A program made the position numbers and the translations under genes. Below are positions 46,813 to 59,721 of a stretch of DNA of 64,000 nt, piece by piece (position 1 is the first letter of the stretch; every line of letters starts with the position of its first letter). The notes under the pieces were generated by a model. The model was given only the letters and a program-made list of their open reading frames with translations, was not told the origin of the DNA and did no database searches. Source of the DNA: Antedon mediterranea (lineage: Eukaryota > Animalia > Echinodermata); the NCBI RefSeq assembly GCF_964355755.1, contig NC_092678.1, positions 11,468,352-11,532,351 on the forward strand, written 5' to 3'.

Positions 46813-49750
46813 TCCAGCTCGATATTTGTGCCAAATAAATTTTATCGCCTAACTTTGTTATTCTTGAGTTGCTGAATTCAAAAAAGTTAGGTGCCATTTT
46901 TTTCGACCTCTCCTTCAGCCGCCATTTTGTATTTCAAAATGGCCGACATTCCACACTAAACTTTGTCATCCATGGTATCATCGGAAAGGGAATGTAATAC
47001 TGATCATTTTATCCCATTACATCCATATAAAAAAAATGGATAGTTACATAGTTATTTAACAATAAAACAAGTCACATGACCAAGAAAGGTCAAAAGGTCA
47101 ACATTTTTAATTTTCTCAAATACTTTACTGTTTGGTATCGTAGTATAGCTTTTTTTATTCTGAATACAGTTTTACTAATATCTGTTCGATTTTCCTTTGT
47201 TTATTGTCATAATTTTCCAATTATGTAAATAAACTGTTTTTAAATGTACAATAAAAAAGGTCTCCTTTGTATTAAGATAAATACGGTTTTTCTTATTGGT
47301 TTTACAATTCATTCAAATGTTGGTAACATTTATCTGGTTATAATAACAATTTCAGTGTGTGAAAATACTTTAGTATAAGTTTAGTTTAACTGTCAAGATC
47401 CTCGATATGCCCGGTTTTCGCATTGCAAGTAAAAAACAAGATCAAACAACCATTGCTTTGCAAGTAAATTAGTTGCAACGCAAACATGATCTTGGAGGTA
47501 TAAGTAATTGATTTTAGTACCTTTATTTGAGCAAGTTCATACAACTACTACGGCAGAAACGTAACTTTGGGAAGTAATTTAGATTTATCTTAATTCTGCT
47601 AGTTAATGTAGTTTTATTTATAACTATATCCAGTGCAGTGGCGTCTATGTTGGTGTTTTTTTTCAAACATGGTTTTCTGCCAATAGCATGGTTGCATGTT
47701 GTAAGCCTAGGCCTATATAGGCCTATATAAAGTAAATCGATAAAAAAGTTGTTGCTTATTTAAATTAATTTATGTACACATTCTTATATTATATATATTG
47801 GATATTTGTGTGACCATAAAGGCAGGATAGAAAACAGGTCATTTATACTGTGTATAAGTAGTCGAATAATCTTCCACCGTTTCAGATGATAACATAATTA
47901 TATTGAATATACAATTAAATCGGTGGCATATGCGCATACTCATACGAATACAAATACTAACAACAAACGGATACAATGGGATCATGCCCAAGAACAATAA
48001 AATAATAATAATTCAAAACCCATCGATGACTGAAAAGCCGATTCCATCCCCTACCGGTGTGTGGTCGCACTTCACTCTTTAAAAAAAAAACCACTGCATT
48101 TTTGATAAATATAACTGAGACATGCAGTAAAAGTAACAAAATTAAAATACAAATTTATAAAAGGGAATTCAATAACATAAATCGTTACATACGGTACATA
48201 TTTATAAAGTGTCTGTAGTTAAAAGATTTCGTTTTTCTCAAACTAATTTGAATATTATTGCTGAAAAGTGGATATTGTTTCCCTTTTTTCCGATAAGTTC
48301 TTAAAGTTAAGTTACCACAAACAAGTATAATTTGATTAATTATTCTATGTGACTTTTGATAATAACAACGTATAGTTAGGATTTATATTGCGATAATCAC
48401 AAACCACACGTAAAAATCAAAGGAAATTTTTGGACGTTAAAAATACCGTAATTCGTTTCTTTACAATATCGATTGGTAGTTTGTAAAGGTAGTAAAGGCA
48501 GCAATAGGACACTTACTTTTCTTTATTACGTGTAAACTTTATTTGAGGAAAACTAATTTATCTAAAAATTTTTTTTAATTATTAAGATTTTTTCACATAT
48601 AATAATATCAAATGCAAATATTCTGTTTGCTGCACTTCATCTGACGTTCAAAGAGAAAGGGAGAAACATGCCAATTAACATTGGCATTGTGCACAGATGG
48701 CTTTATATTGTGTGGTGCCCGCCGCTTTGACTAAAATACAAATGATTTTGAACGCTACGCAAATGATACCGTGACCCGTAGCATTTTTTTCTTTTTACGA
48801 AAAACAGAAATGTAAACTACTAAAAATAAAATAGATTCAGAATTTTAAAAAGCTATCCAACGAAACAAAGCAAAGATGTGCTTTGACAACAGTTTATTTC
48901 ACCTTTGTTCACGGACTATAGTTATTTTGATTTTAAATTAAATAACTCGGAAACTTGACATTGAAGTTAAGTGTAATCCGGTACCGTACGGTACTTATTT
49001 AGTATTTGGATAATATATAATATAAAACATATAAATGGACAATGACAAAGTCGAAAGAAAATCAAACAAACATTTGAATTAATTGTAAAACCAATAAGAA
49101 AAACCGTATTTATCTTAATATGAAGGAGACTACTTTTTTCATTGTTAAAATGAGTATAGCGAGGCATTTAATGAATAGACAAACTGCCTTAAAATGTGAC
49201 ATGTTTCGAGAAACTATTCTCATCATCAGAAGAACAGAAAACAACGCCTAAAGTACTTATATACCAATAGGACAGGTTGTATGTAAATAAGGATTAGCAT
49301 GATAAAACAACAAGGAACATTTAAAAACAATTTATTTACATAATTGGAAAATTATGACAATAAACAAAGTAAAATAGAATAGATATTAGTAAAACTGTAT
49401 TCAGAATAAACAGATCTATCCAACGATACCAAACAGTACAGTATTTTGGTGAAATTGCATTTTAACCTTTTGACCTTTATTGGTCACGTGATTTGTTTAA
49501 TTTCGCAATTACTATGTAACTATGCGTTTATTGATATGGGTGTAATGGAATAAAATAATCAGTATTACATTCCCTTTCCAATGATACCATGGATGACCAA
49601 CTTTAGTGTGGAACGTCGGCTATTTTGAAATACAAAATGGCGGCTGAAGGAGTGGTCGAAAAAAATGGCACCTAACTTTTATGGATTCAGCATCTCAAGA
49701 ATAACAAAGTTAGCTAAAAAAATCTATTTTGGCACAAATATCGAGCTGGA
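46813..49750. mobile_element. Non-autonomous DNA transposon with ~500-bp TIRs (possibly Academ-like)
   Basis: 46813-47330 is the imperfect reverse complement of 49070-49750 (the right arm has a ~170-bp insert); no ORF; family uncertain. Confidence 0.7.
49195..49232 (-). ncRNA. Minimal hammerhead-like motif, stem I degenerate
   Basis: CUGAUGA-U-GAGAA(UAGU)UUCUC-GAAA-CAUG-U-C on the minus strand, within an insert (about 49146-49316) absent from the left arm. Confidence 0.6.
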
Positions 49751-49949
49751 AGACATAATAACCCGTACTATTAGTGATGATGAGAACGTACAAAAAGAAC
49801 TTACGGAGAATACTTCCAAAATTAATTTATTTAAACGTTTTGTTATCGTTTACAAACGACAATGAGATGTTAGTATGGCCAACACAAGCTTGGCACTAAG
49901 GAAAGTCTTCCCAAACGTTTTCGTTTAGTGTTTCGTTCAGTATATTACC

Positions 49950-51645
49950 TAGTGTATCTAAGATACTAGAGTCTGTTGTTAACTCCCAATTACAAAATTA
50001 TCTTAATGAAAATAACATTATAAATGATTACCAATCCGGATTTCGGGGTAAATACTCAACGGAAACGTGTCTTATTCATTTACAAGACACAATAAAAGCT
50101 GAATCAAGTAAAGGAAACATAACAGGCATGGTCCTAATAGATGTAAAAAAAGCATTTGATTCAGTTAATATGCAAGAAATTGGAACTTATAGGTGCAAAT
50201 ACTAACACGATATCATGGTTTGAATCATATCTTGAAAATAGGAAGCAAACGGTAGATATAAATGGTACTTTCTCTGAATCACTAACCATAAATTGTGGAG
50301 TCCCTCAAGGTAGCATCCTGGGACCTACACTTTTCTTTTGTTACATAAATGACGTACCATTTAGGCGAGGGATTTGAAAGTTATGTTTTCTGGGTCTGGT
50401 TTCATGTTTATGGGCGGTACTTAATTTGACAAAATATGGATACATATATGGGATGGATGTTCCGTAATATAGAGTGTAGGGTTAGGGTGCAGACTGCAAA
50501 GTTCTATTATACGCCGATGACACTGCCCTCATTGCCAGTGGTACCGACGCACGGCGTATTTCTAAGAGTCTCTCTGACAATCTTATGTCATGTAATGAAT
50601 GGTTCAATGACAATAAACTGTCTATCCATCCTGACAAAACCGAGTCCATACTTTTCGGCACCAGAAAGAAACTTAAAAGTTCATCTGGATTGTTTAATGT
50701 CACTTTCAATGATAAAGATATCACTCAAAAGTCGTGCGTCAAATACCTTGGCTGTCTCCTTGACAATAACTTAAGTGGTACATCAATGGCGCAAAGTACA
50801 ATTAAAAAAATCAACTCTAGGTTAAAATTTCTTTACCGTAATGTAAAATGCTTAAATAATCAGACTAGAAAAATTCTCTGTAACGCTCTCATCCAAAGTC
50901 ACCACGATTACGGATCCACCTCATGGTTTGACGGACTTACTAAGGACCTTAAAATTAAATTACAAACGGCACAAAATAAAGCTGTAAGGTTTATTTTAGG
51001 AAGAGGCAATCGATTACACGTTGGTGAATATGAACTAAATGTTGTTGGTTATTTGAATGTAACAAACAGAGTAAAATTGTTACAACTTGTACATGTACAT
51101 AAAATATATTACGGAACATCCATCCCATATATGTATCCATATTTTGTCAAATTAAGTACCGCCCATAAACATGAAACCAGACCCAGAAAACATAACTTTC
51201 AAATCCCTCGCCTAAATGGTGTTGGACAAACCAGCTTCTATTACAACGGAATAAAAAACTGGAATTCTCTTCCAGATTGTATAAAGGCCACAACCTCTAC
51301 TAAGCTGTTTAAACACAAAGTCAAAGGATATTTTAAGAATGTTCCATGATGTTTCTTTTTGTTTCTCTCTTTATGAAATTGCGTTTTTTTGTTTAAATAA
51401 CTTTTTTAAAGATGTCAATTTGTCTCAGTTAAATGTACATAAGGACTTAGATGGAAATAAGTTACACTGAAAATGTGAAACTTTATCTAATTATCCTTGG
51501 TTCATTTTGTTCTGTTTCCATTGTTTGACACCTTCTGTTTTTTAGTACTTTTCTGGTGTTGTCTTTTGAATTTGATGTACTGTTTATCGTCTATTTTAAT
51601 GTATTTTATGTCTGAACCAAATAAATTCAATCATTCAATCAATCA
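49950..51645 (+). mobile_element. 5'-truncated CR1/L2-group LINE (RT and C-terminus, disrupted)
   Basis: [55 protein letters not shown]; AATAAA plus (TCAA)n tail; unrelated insert at about 50360-50490. Confidence 0.9.
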
Positions 51646-52362
51646 GACGAAAAAAAGAACCAGAACAACTGTATGCTGCTTTCTAAAGCGTTAAGCAACA
51701 TTTACATTGAAATATGCAATTTTTAATCAGTAGCTTTAAAAACTCCACAGCCAAAACCTTTACCACGTGAAGTTCAAGCGATGTTGTGATAATACCCTTC
51801 CAGTAATCCGACAATAAACAGTTGCTCAGACAGATGCCATAGGCCTATACATTTTTTATAAAGTGATCAAATTTTAAGTTGTAGGCAATCAGAAAACAGT
51901 ATTGTAATTACATCACTGTACATTAAAAAACGTCTGTGGACCTTTAAATCCAGTTATAGTACGTACCTCAAAGAAACAAATTAATCTTATGCGCTTGCAT
52001 GCAATCAGAAAACACTATTTTATTACGTCATACCCATTTTAAAATAGTTGCGTTGAATTCTACGGGTCCGAAAACCAATTATATCCTTCAAATGTTAACC
52101 TTATCAGTATTTATTTATGCGTATAGACATTTGGCACACTTTGAACCAACTGTGCGCCACTGTTTACGAGCACATTTCAACTGAACCGATTTCGACGAGA
52201 TTGTTCCGCTATTTTATGTTGTGTCCTGTTGTTTCGCAACCCTGAATTGGCCCGCCCGCGTTTACATTTTTTATCATAAAAAAGTCAGCAAACTAAACCA
52301 TTAATATTAATCGTTTAGCTATAATAAGCATTGCATTTTGCGCTTTTTTCGGGGATTCCCCT

Positions 52363-52810
52363 AGGGCCTGTTTCTGCTGCAACTGCTCAAATACCGGTAT
52401 AAAAAAACGGTGTATAAATTTTTTAGTACCCCGTTTTTGCTAACAAAACACTTCTTGGGTGGTCGCGTAAAATTCATCATTTTTACCCAAAGTGCCATTC
52501 ATTTATTTGGTCGATAATTAAAAGTCGCAATAAAGTTTTACGCATCACTTTCAACAGCCTAGCCCTAGTTATAGAGATGTTCGTAATGAGGACAAGTAGT
52601 TCGTTCCTTCCCCGAGTTATTGTCTTTTGCAGTGTTATATTGTACTGCTTTCGCAGGCTCTTCAGCTTTGAGTTTACTTGCTTTGGAGACAAGTCTAATC
52701 CGTACTCCTGCTTTATTTTTTTAGAATTGTCTTTATTAATGTAGTTGTCCCTTTTATTACCTTTCAATTGGCCGGACATTTTTAGCTTCCCTTTTCCCTC
52801 CTCAGACATT
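52363..52810 (-). mobile_element. PIF/Harbinger remnant with a Myb/SANT-like fragment
   Basis: GLDLSPKQVNSKLKSLRKQY resembles a trihelix/Myb-like helix 3; GGGCCTGTTT terminus-like sequence at 52364. Confidence 0.5.
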
Positions 52811-53266
52811 TGGCCGACAGAAAATAGACCCGCAGGTTACATTTTGGTCATCCAACAATAATTTATGGTCATAACCAATACAATAATTATAAATATGAGT
52901 TTTGAACTGAATTGAAAACGTTTTACTTGTCACGAACACCGACAATCTATACATTAGGCCTAAAGTCTTATAGGCCTAAACGGTTTAAACTTTACCAGGA
53001 ATATTATTACTTTTTATAATTTTGCTGCTGAGCCATTGAAACCATCTATTTCAAACTGCAAATTCAATAAAAGTATGATTTATCCTTGAATATATAGAAT
53101 AGAATAGAATGAGATATAGTAAATAAGTCTCCTTATGATGAATGTCCGATCTTTTTGGAGATAATAGTGCACGATACACTTTATGCTGCGACTGTAAAGG
53201 GAACTAGTTTCTGTTTCATGCATTTCGTTCAAATTAAAAATTTACATTCCTATAATTAACTACTGT

Positions 53267-53408
<142 letters not shown>

Positions 53409-53699
53409 TGAATACAAGAATAAATAATAATATAAACATTTTCTGGCACATGTAATTAACCTTTAATAAATATTATTATTACTGTAAAGTGTATAATTAT
53501 TGATGGAAATTCTTCTCTTTCTTAGTGTACAAGGCCTAGGCCTAGTGAATATGTTATTGCCAAGGGAATCATTGATTAGTAGTAATTATTCGCCTTTATT
53601 CTTCGCAAGGTAGACTAACTTAGGCACAGGTTTATTTACATAGGATGTTTTTATTTTAGTATTTTTATTTTTTGTCTTTGGGCACATGTGGACAAGGAT

Positions 53700-53998
53700 T
53701 ACCAATAGTATATTAATCACTGTCCTATCATATAGGTGGTAATCCATCTGATACATGGGCTATTTTGTGAACCAGTTCATCGGAGTAACCGAATGATGAA
53801 CTGGGTTCTAAAGTGCACACAGGTTATAACTGTGTACACTTGACATACGGTTATACTCGACTCCTTATCCGATCGAGAAGGCTGGTCCCACCACCAGAAC
53901 TAGGAGCGAGTCGGCCCCGAACCCATGCCGATATTGTTGGCTCTTTAAGTTCGGTAAATGGTGCCCCTGTGTCTTAACCGCTCGGCCATTTGACTCGC
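53700..53998 (-). mobile_element. Diverged copy of the tRNA-derived SINE seen at 20575-20932
   Basis: minus strand: TGGCCGAGCGGTTAAGAC, ATCGGCATGGGTTCG, GTTCTGGTGGT, TCGGATAAGGA, GTGTACACA, GCACTTTAGAACC. Confidence 0.75.
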
Positions 53999-54244
53999 AG
54001 GAAATATCTGTATAATAACACATTTCTATTTGTATTTCTATCCGGTAGTAGAATTTATTGACTTTTAAAATTTGCCAAGCAAAACGTAATTTCTCACTTC
54101 TTAAGATTACATGTGTTTTATTTTTTTCATATCTAGGGGAAATTTATTTAATTATGTTACCATTATTTCACCCAAAAAACAACGCCTTCCGCAAACAATA
54201 AACGTTCGGGCATTTTTTTGAATAAATACGGCCTAACTTCATTC

Positions 54245-54431
54245 ATTTCTTGTCGGCAAATTGGCATGTCGACTAATTGTCTGTCGGCGAAATGGTTTTT
54301 GACGAAATGTTCTGTCGGCGAATTGTCCTGTCGGCGAAATGTCCTGTCGGCGAATTGTCCGGTCGGAAAACTGTCTGTCAGCTAAATGTCTGTGCCGACG
54401 AAAAGGCGTTCGGCAAAATGTCCGAGTACCA
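54245..54431. repeat. ~15-bp tandem array (TCGGCGAAATGTCCTG), likely a solo MULE-like terminus
   Basis: about 10 degenerate units ending in GTCCGAGTACC. Confidence 0.7.
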
Positions 54432-54554
54432 CGGTAGAGAGGAGGCAGAACGGGAAATAAGCCGAAGAAGGCAGTAACGGCGTTCCATACCTCGTGGGGT
54501 TTCATTTTTTGGCGCGTATTTGTTAATAACATTAAAAAAGTGAAAGTTACATCA

Positions 54555-55127
54555 AAAGCCTAGCTAGGCCTAGCCTACTGAGGTAATAAATATTTAGTAG
54601 GCCCAGGCCTATATTTACTTTTAAATGCATAGGCCTAGGCTAGGCTTAGTTTACTTAAACTATTTTGGAATTTTTCCAGGCTTCTTGGAGACATTTTAAT
54701 AAAGATTTGTTTAAAGGCCGGACCTTTTTTGGCGTGACAGGCCTCTAACAGGAGGCCTACTAGCTAGCCTAGCCTACTACTAGGCTAGCCTAGACTATAC
54801 TAGGGCCTAGCCTAGCTAGTATTATTTAATAGGTTACTACAGTACTTCTACTACTACTATCTATAGGCCTAGACTGGTATTAGGCATAGCCAGTAGGGCC
54901 TATGCTACTTTATACAGTATTTAAAGACATTAGGGCCTCCTAGCCTAGTAGGCTAGGCTTCTTAGCTAGAGGCCCTAGGCCTACTAGGCTAGGCCTACTA
55001 TTACTAACTAGGCTAGATAGACCTGCAATTTTTGACATTTGTTTTTGTAAAAATAATGCTAGGCTAGGGTCTATGTCATGTCTAAACTAGGCCTAGCTAG
55101 TAGGCTATAAGGTAGGCCTCCTAGACC
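54555..55127. repeat. Low-complexity TAGGCCTA/CTAG palindrome-rich tract
   Basis: dense scrambled TAGGCCTA, CTAGCTAG and TACTAC words. Confidence 0.8.
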
Positions 55128-58100
55128 GGGTGTGTCGAAAGCGAAGACCTCGAAAGCGAAGATCGAAGACCTCGAAAGCGAAGACCCTACGAAATGGTAG
55201 TGTGCACAAAATCCAACCAAAATCATACAAAATCGTGATAACACCTTGAATTTACAGATTCTAAAAAAATATTTCGATTTTAATTGTTACGTTATCAAAA
55301 AACATGACTTTATCTATGAACAGGCTCACGCGTTTTCACCAATGGAGTTAATATGTGATATGGTTTTACGAACAAACACATCGCGCTATTTGCAAGGCGA
55401 CGGACGCACAAGAAGGACCTCGCACAGAGCATTGAATTGAATGCAAAATTAAATGTCACTTTTGTTCCGATAACTTTGTAGCACACGTCGCCTACAATTT
55501 AAACCCATAGCCAATTGTTTATAAGTATAGAAATAAACTACATAAAGTAAATTGTAAGAAGTAAAGGATGGCGGTAGGCTTTTTTTAGGCTTATTTTAGA
55601 GCCTATATAAAAAGTGTCCGTATTTTGATTTTATATGTTGCTATGTGTTTTTTATCTATAATATTTGCCTATTGTTTATTATCTAAATGTATAAATAAAT
55701 ACAATAAGATATTCATTTTCCTGTATTGTATTTAAACTTTTACATTTTCCCATTGTATACTATTGCTGTTTTACTTAATCGCCAGTTTCAAAATGTTTTC
55801 TAATGTATTCATAATAGACAAATAATATATCAGTATCAGAATATTTAGTGTGGTTGGTGAAACGACAGTAGGCCTACTATGTAAAGAAAAATTTAAAAAG
55901 GAAAATAAATATTTCATTAACCAACGTATAAACCACTAACAAAAAAATCCTGCCACAACGTATCGTATTGATGCGCAACGTAAAGAAAATACTCATCTAT
56001 CTATTTTGCATCCCCTCACGATCGAAAAGATCATTATGATGAAAGTAAAGCAGAAACGGTGTGTTGAACACGTCGATTCCCACTTGTGATGACACGCAAG
56101 GTTATTTCCTTAAGCTTGGTTCCCACTAGAACGTAACACAAGAACGTACACGCAACGCAAGCGTTTTAACCAATGACAAGCGAAGTTATACAGTTAGCAA
56201 TCAGAAGCGAATAAGCCATCGCTTGTGATTGGTCAATTCACTTGCGTTGCGTTGCGTCCTTGTGTTGCGTCGCTAGACCACGCATTACGGCGCACTTTGC
56301 GTGGATACGTTGCGTCGATCTGAAAACAAATTTCAGCTCTTAAAATATTTCCCGGGCCGATGACAGTTCGTCCCAATAGCTTACCGTGAAGTAACGGAAC
56401 TTTATTTTATATCTTTTTATTGTCAAAATCAAAAATTATACTGTATTCAAATTAATAGGCCTACTGTAGAACGAACGATAAGCATCACATTCTGAAGATT
56501 TTGCTCGATCGTTAACCCGTTATAATAGTATATAATTCTCTTAGATTTGTTTGTGTAGTGTCAATTCTATATTTAAATGGTCAGTATACAACCGGTAACC
56601 TGTTACTTCATTTTTTTTAAATTTATATTTTCTTTTGTTAATGGAGACTCATGGTAGGGATATGCAAACATTTAGAAGCGGGACGTCGACAATCTGTTGA
56701 AAATCGGGAGACTGTTGAATAGTCGTCTCATCCCACAAGCCTGTGAGATAGAAGGTTGGGGGTTAGAGTGGTTAAGCCCGATAAAAATTCACCATCCTTA
56801 ACAAAGACATGTATAGAGAGTAACTCTTTTTTTTGTATTCACCACGGGCAATGCTTCAGAAGTCAGTTGTTTTACTTTGATGATAAGGACAATTGTGGTT
56901 GGCGGAACTGGAACTTCATTAAACTGTCTGGAACTGGAAATGTCTTTTGACAGTGTCGGTAAACGTAATACCGATATAAATAAACACCCGTTTTAATATC
57001 GTCACTAATCACATTGCAACCGTAACAAAATCGACAATTTTGGAGCGAATATTTTTTATTTCAATCTTTGTTTTGAATGGCTTTTGTCTTTGTTAACGTT
57101 GACATAATGGCATAATTAAATGTTATTCTGAATTATGGAAGCCGTGAAACAGATGATATTTCGCAGGAAACGATCGATTATAACCAAAATTTGCAGAACG
57201 CTGATTCCTATCGTTCGTTCTTTTTAGCTTTTTGTCAAATCATAATTTGAATATGTTCTGTCAAATTTGGCCTGGAAATATTTTAAGAGCTGGAATTAGT
57301 TTCCAGATCCACGCAAAGTGCGCATTAAGAACAAACTTGCGTGTCCTCACAAGTGGGAACCGACGTGTTCAACACCGTTTATGCCTTACGTTCATCGTAA
57401 TGATTCTCTCGTGAGGGGATGCAAAATAGAGTATTTTCTTATGTTGCGCGTCAATACGATACGTTGCGGCAGGATGTTTTTGTTAGCTTATTCGCTTGTG
57501 ATTGCTAACTGTCTATAACTTCGCTTGTCATTGGTTAAAACGCTTGCGTTGCGTTTACGTCCTTGCGTTACGTTCTAGTGGGAACCAAGCTTTAGTTAGT
57601 GGTTCATACGTTGGTTAATGAAATATTTATTTTACTTTTTACATTTTTCTTCTTTACATATTACTGTCGCTTCACCAATCACACTAACCGATACCGTACT
57701 GATAATATTATTTGTCCATTATTATAAGAAAAACATTTTTAAACTGGCGAATAATTAAATCAGCAATACTGCAGTATAGGCTAAAATGGGGAAAATGTAA
57801 ACGTTTAAAATACTATACAGAATAATTAAAGGAAAATAAATATCTTATTGTATTTATTCATACATTTTAGATAATATGCAAATATTATAGATAATAAACA
57901 TAATATCAACATATTTAAATGCAAAAAAAAAGGATCTCTAAGTTGTATTCACGCGTAGGCCTATAACATTTTTTAAAACAAGTGTAAAATCTATGATACG
58001 GACACTTTAAGGCTCTAAAATTAGCCTAAATAGGGCTATCGCAATCCTTTACTTCTTATAATTTACATATTGTAGTTTATTTCTATACTTTTCTATACAA

Positions 58101-58458
58101 TTTGGCTATGGTTTTAAATTGTAGGCATTGCATTCAATTCAATGCTCTGTGTGATGTCCTTCTTGTGCGTCCGTCGCCTTGCAAATAGCGCGATGTGTTT
58201 GTTCGTAAAACCATATCACATATTAACTCCATTGGAGAATACACGTGAGCTTGTTCATAGATAAAGTCATGTTTTTTGATAACATAACGATTAAAATCGA
58301 AATATTTTTTTAGAATCTGTAAATTCAAGGTGTTATCATCAGTTGTGTGTGATTTTGGTCCGATTTTGTGTACACTACCATTTTGTAGGCCGGGTCTTCG
58401 CTTTCGAGGTCTTCGGTCTTCGATCTTCGCTTTCGAGGTCTTCGCTTTCGACACACCC
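55128..58458. mobile_element. MULE/foldback-like element with ~1.3-kb TIRs
   Basis: 10-bp TSD CTCCTAGACC (55118-55127 and 58459-58468); termini GGGTGTGTCGAAAGCGAAGAC; arms align over about 55128-56500 vs 57190-58458; each arm carries an AGCTTGGTTCCCACTAG MITE. Confidence 0.9.
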
Positions 58459-59657
58459 CTCCTAGACCTAGTTTTCAAAATCACAGGCATCTTATGAAGA
58501 AAATAATAATAATAATAATAATATTAATTATTAATATTATTACATAATATTATTAATATGTTGTTGATGCTAAATTGTGTCTATTTTGTGCCTTGTTATA
58601 GTTACACAGTAGGCCTATACACAGTAAAATAAATACTTTATACATACACCATACAGTGTAGCAATTACAGGACCCACCTTTTAATATTCACATTTTTAAC
58701 ATGATGATGTAATCAAAACAAAACCGGAAGATAACAGTTTCGCAAGCTAATTGTTTAGCAACATCATCTTATTCTTAAAATGTTGAAGAAATTCTAATAC
58801 GTAGAATCGAGATGTGGGCTCTTTTAAATGTGATGAACTATGACGCAAAAGATAAAAATCCAACTTTTTTAGTTCAACTGGCCATATGAATGATGACATC
58901 ACAACATCCGATAGACAAAATTGTAAATGAATTCATGTCTACAAATCTTGACAGCTTTGTTTTAACCACAAGGGTCACTTTTCATTCTGACGAGCTAAAA
59001 CATATTGAAATTTACTATATAAGGATGAAAATTCAATTTTTTTGAAATGATGACAGCATCAACATTAAAATGTTTGTTATTCTTTCTTACAAAAGATAAT
59101 TGATTGAGCAAACAAATATTAAAATCTAGGTGAAATTGAATTGTGATGAGCTATGACGAAAGAGACAATACGATGACGTCATAACATCTGCAGGGAATAA
59201 TTTTGCCAGTGTAGCATAGCAAAAAGCTATAAAAAACAACCTTATTGCTACACATTTCTAAAATTGTGTAGCAAAAAAGACAATACAAAACTACGTTTCT
59301 TGACTAAAAAATCAGTTTGATTAGCAATAATTGCTAAACAAAATTTTAAAATGAAATTTGTCCCTGATCTGAAAGGTAAAAATGTTACATGAATTCACAT
59401 CAACAACAACAACAACAATAAGATAAACAAATTGGGGTCACGGTTGAGTGTGTCTATAAAACTCAAGATATATCCGATTTTTCTAGATCTAGAAAACTCA
59501 GATATCAAGATCTGAGTTTTCTAGTTCCAGAATGGAACTAGAAAACTCAGACTATCAAATGGATCGTTCCATTATTAATCAGAGGGTAGCTTGTTTGAAA
59601 TACTACAGAAAATTTGGATTATTTCTAGTTTTTTATTAATTTACAGATTTCAGCAAA

Positions 59658-59721
59658 ATGCCAAAGAAAGGTACAAAACGTAGTTCTTCTGGAATTGGAA
59701 ATGATTTGAATGAATCCCATA
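59658..59721 (+). CDS. FANCD2: FANCD2 first coding exon
   Basis: AAA ATG just after an acceptor (ttacag, 59646); gtaagt donor; basic NLS-like start. Confidence 0.8.

Noticed and set aside
50470-50490. Telomere-like TAGGGTTAGGG
   Set aside because: Fewer than two full units, inside a small insert in a LINE
53125-53170. Possible fifth hammerhead (ATGATGA-ATGTCC...GGA-GATAA) near a (TA)n tract
   Set aside because: Both the CUGA and GAAA core elements are altered; cannot be supported
58134-58490. 118-aa ORF with a near-identical partner at 55246-55440, suggesting a duplicated gene
   Set aside because: Both lie in the inverted arms of one transposon; no recognisable domain or splice structure
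59478-59552. Nested palindromes just upstream of the FANCD2 ATG exon
   Set aside because: Consistent with local template-switch duplication; no recognisable RNA motif
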